Source: a plasmid. Taken from it: a stretch of 6,174 bases of DNA. The notes under the pieces were generated by a model. It searched no databases and was not told the DNA's origin. It was given only the letters and a program-made list of their open reading frames with translations. The DNA is taken from sequence record NZ_CP093950.1, one strand, 5' to 3'. Below, one piece after another: positions 1 to 5,969 of the stretch; position 1 is the stretch's first letter, and every line of letters begins with the position of its first letter. The translations under genes and the position numbers were made by a program.

Positions 1-196
1 CCTCTTTACCAACATGTTTTTAGCAAAGGAGCCTTTAGGCGACTGCGCAGTACAATGTGAGAGCGTAGCGATCACACCTTTTTGGCGACCGTAGGAAGCA
101 AGGTTTTGGATTGGCAGTTTTGAAAAATGCGCGAACCTGTTTAAAGAAAAAAGAAGTGGTTTTTAGGCGGGAAAATTAGCCCCCCTCTTTTTATAT

Positions 197-229
197 CTCT
201 TTTTAAACCTCTTTTTAAACCTCTTTACC
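197..229. repeat. Short direct repeats (ctctttttaaacc x2 plus partial) in the AT-rich region upstream of the iterons; possible DNA-unwinding region of a theta origin
   Basis: ctctttttaaacc occurs at 197-209 and 209-221, with a partial copy tctttacc at 222-229. The surrounding 140-260 is AT-rich. Lactococcal Rep_3 replicons of the pCI305/pWV02 type, by established knowledge, have an AT-rich segment with short repeats upstream of 22-bp iterons. Confidence 0.5.
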
Positions 230-269
230 GTAAGCTGTGTCCTTACTCTACCAATGGATACAGAATGTT

Positions 270-357
270 ATGAAGGACATTTTGTCTGTTTATGAATGAC
301 ATTTTGTCTGTTTATGAATGACATTTTGTCTGTTTATGAAGGACATTTTGTCTGTTT
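270..357. repeat. Four contiguous 22-bp iterons (atgaaKgacattttgtctgttt) forming the plasmid origin and RepA binding sites
   Basis: Read directly: four copies at 270-291, 292-313, 314-335 and 336-357 with no spacers, differing only at position 6 (g/t). They sit immediately upstream of a Rep_3-type rep gene. 22 bp is the iteron length of the Rep_3 lactococcal/enterococcal theta replicon family. Confidence 0.85.
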
Positions 358-365
358 GAACGTCA

Positions 366-406
366 AATATGAATGTCTTGACATTTAAAAAATGTCATTC
401 ATAATT
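366..406 (+). promoter_or_regulatory. repA promoter (TTGACA-17-ATAATT) overlapping an inverted half-iteron and a small palindrome; likely RepA autoregulatory operator
   Basis: ttgaca at 378-383, a 17-nt spacer, then ataatt at 401-406. The RBS gaggtga lies at 412-418 and the ATG at 423. aaaatgtcattcat (390-403) is the exact reverse complement of the iteron core atgaatgacatttt. aatgtcttgacatt (373-386) is a 6-2-6 palindrome. Confidence 0.6.
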
Positions 407-422
407 GGATTGAGGTGATTAT

Positions 423-1367
423 ATGGCTAATGAGATTGTAAAATACCACCATGAATTAAATACAATTCCTTTAAGAAAATTTACACCGGTTGAAATGAAT
501 TTGTTTTTTTCCATCGTGTCTAGAATGCGTGAAAAAGGGGATAAGACAGTTCGTTTTACGTTTGACCAACTAAAAGATTTAAGTAACTACAAAGCAACTG
601 CAAATGTACGATTTGTAGAAGATTTAAAAGCAACTTATGAAAAAATCTTATCTTTACGCTTTGGTCGTAGAAGTGAGTCTGGGCTTTCTTACGATATGTT
701 TGTAATGTTTACAGAATTTAAAATCAACGGGGACGTAGAAAATCCTTACGTAGATATACGAATTTACGAAAAAGCACTGCCTTTGTTAAATAATTTAGAC
801 GAGTGGGTACGCTATTCTTTACAACAATTCAACGAGCTACAAAGTGGCTATGCAAAGACTATGTTTCGTCTGTTAAAGCAATACAGAACCAAAGGTTTCG
901 CATATTTCTCCAAAGAAGACTTTCTTGAATTATTAGATATTCCTAAAAGTTATAAGCAACCTGATATAGATAAACGAGTTATAAAACCTATACGTCAAGA
1001 ACTAACTGCAATCTTCAAAGGACTAACAATCAAAAAGAAATACGGAAAAGGACGGGGAAAACCTGTTATTGGCTATCAATTTACGTTCAAACCTGAGATC
1101 AAAAAAGCAGACGACTTTAACAAACATGCACCAACCAAAGAAGACCAAAATAAAGCATTGGCTTTAGCTGATAAACAAAAAGAATACGAAGAACCCGCTA
1201 CAACAATTAACGAAAAAATCAAACAGAAGAAACGAGAACTTGAACTCCTCCAACAAATCAAACAACTAGAAAAAGAGAAAAAAGCTCTTGAAAAACAAAC
1301 AGAGTCCGCACTTTCGGAAAAAGAGAAAAAAAGTTTATTATCTGATTTAGATAATTTATTCCAGTAG
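423..1367 (+). CDS. repA: Rep_3-family theta-replication initiator protein (RepA/RepB type)
   Basis: 314-aa ORF directly downstream of the iterons. The N-terminus MANEIVKYHHELNTIPLRKFTPVEMNLFFSIVSRMREKGD matches the conserved N-terminal pattern of Rep_3 initiators from Gram-positive theta plasmids, as I recall it. The C-terminus is a K/E-rich predicted coiled coil. An RBS and consensus promoter lie upstream. Confidence 0.9.
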   Translation: MANEIVKYHHELNTIPLRKFTPVEMNLFFSIVSRMREKGDKTVRFTFDQLKDLSNYKATANVRFVEDLKATYEKILSLRFGRRSESGLSYDMFVMFTEFKINGDVENPYVDIRIYEKALPLLNNLDEWVRYSLQQFNELQSGYAKTMFRLLKQYRTKGFAYFSKEDFLELLDIPKSYKQPDIDKRVIKPIRQELTAIFKGLTIKKKYGKGRGKPVIGYQFTFKPEIKKADDFNKHAPTKEDQNKALALADKQKEYEEPATTINEKIKQKKRELELLQQIKQLEKEKKALEKQTESALSEKEKKSLLSDLDNLFQ

Positions 1368-1387
1368 CAACCTAGGAGGCAACCAGT

Positions 1388-1921
1388 ATGCAACCACAAG
1401 AAACCTTTACAATAAAGGAATTGTCAGATCTTTTTAAGATGAGTAGGCAAGCAATATCGAAACATATCCAAAAATTAGATTCTTCCATGATAGCTAAAAA
1501 TGAGCGTGGTTATAAGGTTGTATTGCGTTCTGGAGTATTGCAACTTGCTCGCAACTTAGACAATCAAAGGTTGCTAGATAAGTTGCATAAACATGAACAA
1601 AACAACGATAAAAATGCTTATATACCAAACAAAAACGTGGTTGCAAACAAGTTGCTAGATCAGTTGCGTGAAGAAAATGAATTTTTACGAGAACAACTTG
1701 CCCTCAAAGAGCAAAATAATTCTCATATACAAAAACTACTCGACCAGCAACAACAACTCACCCTGCAAGCCAACCAACAAATCGAAAAACTTCAGGAGCA
1801 ACTGCAGTTGACTTATACGGAAGAGTCTTCAGAGAATAGTTCAACGACTCTTTCTGAAGCAACAGAAACAATGGACGAACAAACAAAGAATTGGAAAAAA
1901 TGGTGGCAGCTATGGAAATGA
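1388..1921 (+). CDS. repB: RepB-like replication-associated DNA-binding protein (N-terminal HTH, C-terminal Q/L-rich coiled coil)
   Basis: 177-aa ORF starting 20 nt after the repA stop, with a strong RBS aggagg (1373-1378). The N-terminus TIKELSDLFKMSRQAISKHIQKL is a helix-turn-helix pattern. The C-terminus has a heptad-like L/Q repeat. Its position and architecture match the repB genes found downstream of Rep_3 repA in lactococcal and enterococcal plasmids. Confidence 0.7.
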   Translation: MQPQETFTIKELSDLFKMSRQAISKHIQKLDSSMIAKNERGYKVVLRSGVLQLARNLDNQRLLDKLHKHEQNNDKNAYIPNKNVVANKLLDQLREENEFLREQLALKEQNNSHIQKLLDQQQQLTLQANQQIEKLQEQLQLTYTEESSENSSTTLSEATETMDEQTKNWKKWWQLWK

Positions 1922-1935
1922 AGAAGGAAATACTT

Positions 1936-2106
1936 ATGACAAAAAAACACTTGCTATTCGGTTCTATCCTACTAGGAATATTAAGCTTTAGCCCAATGTT
2001 ATTATCAGTGGCCAACAAAGGAAATAAAAAAGGGGAACTAAAACTCAATCCTAATTACTACAACAGTCAAAATGAGGAAGTATTTGTAGAAAAACTTGAT
2101 AAATAA
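1936..2106 (+). CDS. Small (56-aa) protein with an N-terminal signal-peptide-like or TM segment and a charged C-terminus; function unknown
   Basis: ATG at 1936 follows an RBS aaggaa (1924-1929) with a 6-nt spacer, just after the repB stop at 1919-1921. The sequence is MTKKHLLFGSILLGILSFSPMLLSVA followed by NKGNKKGELKLNPNYYNSQNEEVFVEKLDK. A perfect stem-loop terminator follows. The tracked start at 1891 overlaps repB and lacks an RBS, so 1936 is preferred. Confidence 0.4.
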   Translation: MTKKHLLFGSILLGILSFSPMLLSVANKGNKKGELKLNPNYYNSQNEEVFVEKLDK

Positions 2107-2107
2107 G

Positions 2108-2134
2108 AAAAGACTGCTCGTACGAGCAGTCTTT
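2108..2134. terminator. Rho-independent, likely bidirectional terminator ending the rep operon
   Basis: aaagactgctcg / ta / cgagcagtcttt is a perfect 12-bp inverted repeat with an A-run on one side and a T-run on the other. It lies immediately after the stop codon at 2104-2106. Confidence 0.6.
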
Positions 2135-2473
2135 CTGAAAGAGATTATCCTATTATTAACCTTAGAAAAGAATAATAAATGAATATGAGATATGTAAAAA
2201 GCATAACAAACACAAACAAAAATAACAAGTATTTAAAAAATGACCGATCAATATTCACAAAGAATTAGAAAGAAACAACCGCAGAAAACCAAGCCTTAAA
2301 AAGAGCTTTTAACCTAGACCAATAAAAATTCACAAAATCAGCGCCTGGATCCCTTGGTACAGGCGTTACTTGGTAGTATGTACATTATGTCTACTAGCTG
2401 TTTAAATAACTGATCTTATAATTTTATTTAAACGATTATGAATTCAAAACTACTTTTTATGACGTTAATCATT

Positions 2474-2503
2474 GTTATATAATAAAATGTTATATAATAA
2501 AAT
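2474..2503 (+). promoter_or_regulatory. Tandem 15-bp direct repeat (gttatataataaaat x2) carrying TATAAT-like boxes; probable promoter/regulatory region of the bacteriocin operon
   Basis: Exact copies at 2474-2488 and 2489-2503, about 60 bp upstream of the bacteriocin start. Each contains tataat. The region is extremely AT-rich. Exact -35/-10 assignment is uncertain. Confidence 0.4.
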
Positions 2504-2560
2504 TACTAAGATTATTTAATATAACAAGCAATTTTAAAAAAACGAAAAGGAAAAACAATC

Positions 2561-2785
2561 ATGAAAAAGAAAGTATTAAAACATTGTGTTATTCTAGGAA
2601 TATTAGGAACTTGTCTAGCTGGCATCGGTACAGGAATAAAAGTTGATGCAGCTACTTACTATGGAAATGGTCTTTATTGTAACAAAGAAAAATGTTGGGT
2701 AGATTGGAATCAAGCTAAAGGAGAAATTGGAAAAATTATTGTTAATGGTTGGGTTAATCATGGTCCATGGGCACCTAGAAGGTAG
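2561..2785 (+). CDS. Class IIa (pediocin-like) bacteriocin prepeptide with a sec-type signal peptide; bacteriocin 31 / bacteriocin 43 / T8 / hiracin JM79-like
   Basis: 74-aa ORF with RBS aaagga 9 nt upstream. The N-terminal 30 aa [30 protein letters not shown] form a typical sec signal (K-rich n-region, hydrophobic core, VDA cleavage site). The predicted mature 44 aa, [44 protein letters not shown], carry the YGNG(V/L) pediocin box and two Cys spaced CxxxxC. From memory this mature sequence matches the bacteriocin 43/T8/hiracin JM79 group. Confidence 0.93.
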   Translation: MKKKVLKHCVILGILGTCLAGIGTGIKVDAATYYGNGLYCNKEKCWVDWNQAKGEIGKIIVNGWVNHGPWAPRR

Positions 2786-2804
2786 TGGTAGGGAGGTTAT
2801 TATA

Positions 2805-3092
2805 ATGGATTTTACTAAAGAAGAAAAACTTTTAAATGCAATTAGTAAAGTATACAATGAAGCAACTATAGATGACTATCCTGACTTAAAAGAAAAGCTC
2901 TTTCTTTATTCTAAAGAAATCAGTGAGGGAAAAAGTGTTGGTGAAGTTAGTATGAAATTAAGTAGTTTTCTTGGAAGATATATTTTAAAACATAAATTTG
3001 GATTACCTAAATCTTTAATAGAATTACAAGAAATTGTTAGTAAGGAATCTCAAGTATATAGAGGATGGGCTTCTATTGGTATTTGGAGTTAA
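2805..3092 (+). CDS. Class IIa bacteriocin immunity protein (pediocin/enterocin-A immunity family, ~95 aa, helical)
   Basis: ATG at 2805 is preceded by gggagg (2791-2796). The 95-aa product MDFTKEEKLLNAISKVYNEA...GWASIGIWS sits immediately after the bacteriocin gene, which is the canonical structural-immunity gene pair. Its size and helical K/E-rich character fit the four-helix-bundle immunity family. The tracked start at 2727 would overlap the bacteriocin gene and has no RBS. Confidence 0.85.
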   Translation: MDFTKEEKLLNAISKVYNEATIDDYPDLKEKLFLYSKEISEGKSVGEVSMKLSSFLGRYILKHKFGLPKSLIELQEIVSKESQVYRGWASIGIWS

Positions 3093-3114
3093 TTCTTTGG
3101 AATAAAATGAAAAT

Positions 3115-3148
3115 GGGACTGAAGAATCAATTCTGATTCATCAGTCCC
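3115..3148. terminator. Stem-loop terminator after the immunity gene (possibly bidirectional)
   Basis: gggactgaagaatca / attc / tgattcatcagtccc has 15-bp arms with one mismatch. The T-tract on the + strand is weak, while a T-rich run follows on the - strand. It lies 23 nt after the immunity stop. Confidence 0.55.
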
Positions 3149-3263
3149 ATAAATTATAGAGCCGAAAAATTATCATATTTATAGATTTATTAATAGTAAA
3201 TGGCATAAGAATCTTTGAACAACGAAAAAAATGTAGCTCTACCTAATTATTGATTTGCAACAA

Positions 3264-3540
3264 TTTCACCGAAGGTGAAACAAGCGAAACTTTACAAAAA
3301 GTGGCTAGCATTTGCTAGCCTTTTTTGTATTGTGGAGCGTGGTTTTTGAGGGGGATTCAAGGGGGAGCTTGCGCCCCTTTGACAAGCGGTTATTTGCACC
3401 AAATACGTAGGTATTTGGCTAGCAAATATAGAGCTTGCCAAGCCCTTTAGTAAGCTTTAGTGAGCTTTACTTATTGTACCTTTTTAGGTACAATGGTATT
3501 GCGAACGATACGTCCGTAGGACGTACTGAAAGGGTGGGAC
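3264..3540 (+). other. Candidate oriT / mob promoter region with multiple inverted repeats, repeated gagcttgc motifs, a MOBQ-like gcttgcgcccctttg candidate nic motif and a palindrome in the mobC leader
   Basis: Inverted repeats read directly: tttcacc-gaa-ggtgaaa (3264-3280); ggctagc-attt-gctagcc followed by a T6 run (3303-3326); ccaaatac-gtag-gtatttgg (3399-3418); a third ggctagcaaa arm (3417-3426); attgtacct-tttt-aggtacaat (3473-3494); tacgtcc-gta-ggacgta (3519-3535). Imperfect direct repeats gagcttgcgcccctttgacaagc (3364-3386) and gagcttgccaagccctttagtaagc (3431-3455), plus agctttag/gagctttac at 3452-3468. The region lies directly upstream of mobC, as oriT does in pC221-type mob cassettes. 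Confidence 0.55.
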
Positions 3541-3542
3541 TT

Positions 3543-3923
3543 ATGAGCGAACAAAATCAATATTTGGCTAGCAATCATTCTAAAAAATATACCTATCGAT
3601 CCGAGCCAAAACAAATCAGTTTTCGAGTGAGCGAATCCGAATTTGCAAAGCTGAAGCAGTCAGCTGAAGCTTTGCAAATGAGTGTGCCGGCTTTCGTGAA
3701 AGCCAAGGCACAAAACGCGCGTCTGGTGACACCGAAAGTGGCGCCAGACATTGCTCAGGCAATCGCGCGCGATTTAGCCAAAGCTGGCGGGAATATCAAT
3801 CAAATTGCCAAGTGGTGCAACACACACCAACACGACGTTGATCCTGGCGACGCCCAACGCTTATCCGAAAACCTAAAAATCATGCAAAAGGAGCTACAAA
3901 AGATATGGCAACAGTTAAAGTAA
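3543..3923 (+). CDS. mobC: Mobilization accessory protein MobC (relaxosome DNA-binding component)
   Basis: 126-aa product beginning MSEQNQYLAS. The motifs ISFRVSESEFAKLKQSAEALQMSVPAFVKAK and LAKAGGNINQIAKW match the ribbon-helix-helix-like and G-N-N-Q-IA signatures of the MobC family as I recall them. It sits just downstream of the IR-rich candidate oriT and its stop overlaps the mobA start. The tracked start at 3435 would read through oriT with no RBS. Confidence 0.85.
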   Translation: MSEQNQYLASNHSKKYTYRSEPKQISFRVSESEFAKLKQSAEALQMSVPAFVKAKAQNARLVTPKVAPDIAQAIARDLAKAGGNINQIAKWCNTHQHDVDPGDAQRLSENLKIMQKELQKIWQQLK

Positions 3924-4819
3924 GCCGAACCACTTCTTGTAGCCGAGCGATCAATTACGCCGAACCACGAGCAACCGTCAAAACAGGGATAAACTGTGAC
4001 ATTGATTATGCCAAAAGCGAAATGAAACAAATTCGCATGCTGTATGGAAAAGACGATCGTGTACAAGCACACTTATTGATCCAGTCTTTTCGACCAGGAG
4101 AAATTACCGCTGAAAAAGCCAATCAACTAGGGGCAGAGTATGCGAAAAAAATAGCCCCTGACCACCAAATCGCGATTTACACACATACAGACAAAGACCA
4201 TATTCATAACCACATTGTCATTAACTCCGTCAATCTGGAAACTGGGAACAAATTTCAAGCCCATGGTCAAGCATTTTTAAACAAATGTTATGACCTAAAT
4301 GACGAGATTTGTCTTGAACATGACTTAACAATCACTGAACGAGGGAAGAAACCCGAAAAACGAACCATGTCTGAAATCAAATTAAAAGAAAAAAATGAAC
4401 CTGTTTGGAAAGACGAAATTCGGTTTGCGATTGATCAAACAATGAAAAACAAAAAAACTCGAACGTATAACCAATTTTGTGATTCTCTTAAAACATTCGG
4501 CATTCATTGCTTGAATCGTGGGAAAAATTTTACTTACGAATTGATCCACAAAAAGAAAAAAGTACGATCCAACAAACTAGGAAAGGATTACGAAAAGGAG
4601 ACGATTTTACATGAGCTGGACAGACGAGAACGAGCCTACAATCAACAACGAACCAACGAGCTACGAAGAGCTCGAGCTAGCATTCGCGAAACTGCAAAAG
4701 AAGTACGAAGAGAACAACGAACTCTTACGACTGAACAACCGGAAATTAGACCGACTCGAAGAAACCATGACCAACACGTTGAAAGAGGAGCAGACTACCA
4801 ACAAGAATTATCGTTCTAA
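3905..4819 (+). CDS. mobA: MobA relaxase (Relaxase/Mobilisation nuclease domain, MOBQ-like; pC221/pRI1-type)
   Basis: 304 aa. The histidine triad HTDKDHIHNHIVIN is the 3-His metal-binding motif of MobA/VirD2-type relaxases. The N-terminal region, starting MATVKVSRTTSCSRAINYAEPRATVKTGINCDIDYA, should contain the catalytic Tyr. RBS aaaggag lies upstream. The gene overlaps the mobC 3' end by 19 nt, consistent with an operon. Confidence 0.9.
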   Translation: MATVKVSRTTSCSRAINYAEPRATVKTGINCDIDYAKSEMKQIRMLYGKDDRVQAHLLIQSFRPGEITAEKANQLGAEYAKKIAPDHQIAIYTHTDKDHIHNHIVINSVNLETGNKFQAHGQAFLNKCYDLNDEICLEHDLTITERGKKPEKRTMSEIKLKEKNEPVWKDEIRFAIDQTMKNKKTRTYNQFCDSLKTFGIHCLNRGKNFTYELIHKKKKVRSNKLGKDYEKETILHELDRRERAYNQQRTNELRRARASIRETAKEVRREQRTLTTEQPEIRPTRRNHDQHVERGADYQQELSF

Positions 4820-5057
4820 AACGTTACAAGACATAGAAAATGAAATAAAGAAACAACGTGCTTTTCTTGCACCTTATACCAAAGAAAGAATACAAACTAC
4901 AATTGATTCACAAGTCAAAAAATTCCACCATGCGCTATTAAACCAGCGAAATAAAGAACAGAAAAAAGTAATTATGCAGCGATCAATGGATATTCTTGCC
5001 CCCTTATGTTGCTTAATCATGACACTGTTAGCCTTTTGGCTGGTATGGGGAGAATAA
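4611..5057 (+). CDS. mobB: MobB-like mobilization protein, overlapping the mobA 3' end in a different frame, with a C-terminal hydrophobic anchor
   Basis: 148-aa ORF with a strong RBS aaggag (4595-4600) and a 10-nt spacer. It starts 209 nt before the mobA stop in another frame, the same overlapping mobA/mobB arrangement known from pC221-family cassettes. It has a coiled-coil-like central region and a C-terminal TM tail LAPLCCLIMTLLAFWLVW. Confidence 0.65.
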   Translation: MSWTDENEPTINNEPTSYEELELAFAKLQKKYEENNELLRLNNRKLDRLEETMTNTLKEEQTTNKNYRSKTLQDIENEIKKQRAFLAPYTKERIQTTIDSQVKKFHHALLNQRNKEQKKVIMQRSMDILAPLCCLIMTLLAFWLVWGE

Positions 5058-5063
5058 ATAGAA

Positions 5064-5753
5064 ATGGCATTCTATTTACCCTATCTACTCATTTTTGCCA
5101 GTATTTTAGGAATTATTTGGCTTAGCTATAAGGCTTATCAAACAAGATATTCATTAAAAGGCTCTAAAATTCGATTTAAGAGGTTTTTATTGCCAGGGGT
5201 TATATTTACATTATCAATCGTTTTAAGTGGTTTATTCGGCGTTTTAGAGGGAAATAAACGTATTTCAAGAAGTATTTTATTAGGGGATATCACTCAAAAG
5301 TATGAAGCAGCATGTGATAAAAAGAAAAAGGAGCAAGTGTTAACACAAAAAATGGAAGAGTTTACCACTTGTTATGAGGAAATGAACGATATTTTTGTGA
5401 ATCAAGAAAAACGTTTGACGGATAAAAACATGGAAAAACTCACTCGTCTTTATCAAAACTTGCCAGAAAAACAGCAAAAAGAGGTTCAAGACAACTATGA
5501 GCGAACCAAAAAAGACGTGCAATATTTTAAAGATACGCAGACAGAAGAAGCTTGTTATAATTTATTCAGTGATACAATCCCTTTTTCAACTAGTGAACAG
5601 GAACGAAAAGAACGGCAACAATCAGTTACCTACGAACGTTATAAAGCACTGCTTCAGCAAGCAACGAACATACAAAATCCAACGAAAAAAGAAACGGCAT
5701 TAAATTATCTAAAAAGTGTCAAGGAATGGTTAGATCAGCAACAGCAAAATTGA
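5064..5753 (+). CDS. Uncharacterised 229-aa protein with two N-terminal TM helices and a ~165-aa charged helical domain containing 3 Cys; co-transcribed with the mob operon
   Basis: ATG 6 nt after the mobB stop, with RBS ggggag (5047-5052). TM1 is about residues 4-22 (FYLPYLLIFASILGIIWLS) and TM2 about 42-62 (LLPGVIFTLSIVLSGLFGVL). The remainder is K/E/Q-rich. I recognise no motif in it. A strong terminator lies 60 nt downstream. Confidence 0.7.
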   Translation: MAFYLPYLLIFASILGIIWLSYKAYQTRYSLKGSKIRFKRFLLPGVIFTLSIVLSGLFGVLEGNKRISRSILLGDITQKYEAACDKKKKEQVLTQKMEEFTTCYEEMNDIFVNQEKRLTDKNMEKLTRLYQNLPEKQQKEVQDNYERTKKDVQYFKDTQTEEACYNLFSDTIPFSTSEQERKERQQSVTYERYKALLQQATNIQNPTKKETALNYLKSVKEWLDQQQQN

Positions 5754-5792
5754 ATTTGATCGGCAATCATGTTAAACTAAACATGCAAATGA

Positions 5793-5969
5793 TCAAACAT
5801 TAGATACACGAAAGCCCCAGAGAGGTCGGATTCTCTGGGGCTTTTTTTCAGGTTGATGTCGCCTTTATTGATTTTACTTCTTGTTTCGGTTATTCAACCA
5901 ATAACTGAATAAAGAGACACAAACTTCTATAAGAAGGGGGCAAATGAACAATTCAAACATTAGATACAC
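5793..5969. repeat. Pair of identical 17-bp direct repeats (tcaaacattagatacac) bracketing the terminator and ~140 bp of non-coding DNA
   Basis: Exact copies at 5793-5809 and 5953-5969, read directly. The feature span covers both copies plus the intervening segment. Confidence 0.8.
5813..5848 (+). terminator. Strong rho-independent terminator ending the mob operon
   Basis: agccccagagag / gtcggatt / ctctggggc followed by ttttttt (5842-5848). The stem is GC-rich, 12 bp with one bulge. Confidence 0.85.

Noticed and set aside
270-357. Tandem 22-bp repeats as a possible CRISPR array
   Set aside because: The repeats are contiguous with no spacers, only 22 bp long, and lie directly upstream of a Rep_3 initiator gene. 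They are iterons.
1076-1399. 107-aa ORF on the minus strand
   Set aside because: It lies wholly antisense to the K/E-rich 3' end of repA. The low-complexity F/S/C-rich translation is the mirror of that coiled-coil coding sequence. It has no RBS and is judged spurious.
1891-1935. Upstream start of the small ORF overlapping repB
   Set aside because: It has no RBS and overlaps the repB 3' end. The ATG at 1936 has an aaggaa RBS at ideal spacing.
1758-2048. 96-aa minus-strand ORF
   Set aside because: It is antisense to the repB 3' end and to the small ORF, and has no start context. The forward-strand genes explain the region.
2179-2265. 28-codon ORF (MNMRYVKSITNTNKNNKYLKNDRSIFTKN) in the AT-rich gap
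   Set aside because: It has no RBS and a low-complexity N/K-rich translation typical of AT-rich non-coding DNA.
2727-2804. N-terminal extension of the immunity ORF (tracked start 2727)
   Set aside because: It would overlap the bacteriocin gene by 59 nt and has no RBS. The ATG at 2805 has a strong gggagg RBS and gives the expected ~95-aa immunity protein.
2615-2857. 80-aa minus-strand ORF
   Set aside because: It is antisense to the bacteriocin and immunity genes in AT-rich DNA where long random ORFs are common. The forward genes have RBSs and recognisable family motifs.
3435-3542. N-terminal extension of mobC (tracked start 3435)
   Set aside because: It would translate through the IR-rich oriT region with no RBS. 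M37 at 3543 matches the conserved MobC N-terminal region and the expected ~126-aa length.
3800-4072. 90-aa minus-strand ORF
   Set aside because: It is antisense to the mobC/mobA junction. It has no RBS and is implausible against two well-supported overlapping forward genes.
5340-5703. 60-aa minus-strand ORF (5340..5522) and 68-aa plus-strand ORF in an alternative frame (5497..5703)
   Set aside because: Both lie inside the 229-aa ORF, have no RBS, and their K/R/low-complexity translations are typical of frame-shifted A-rich sequence.
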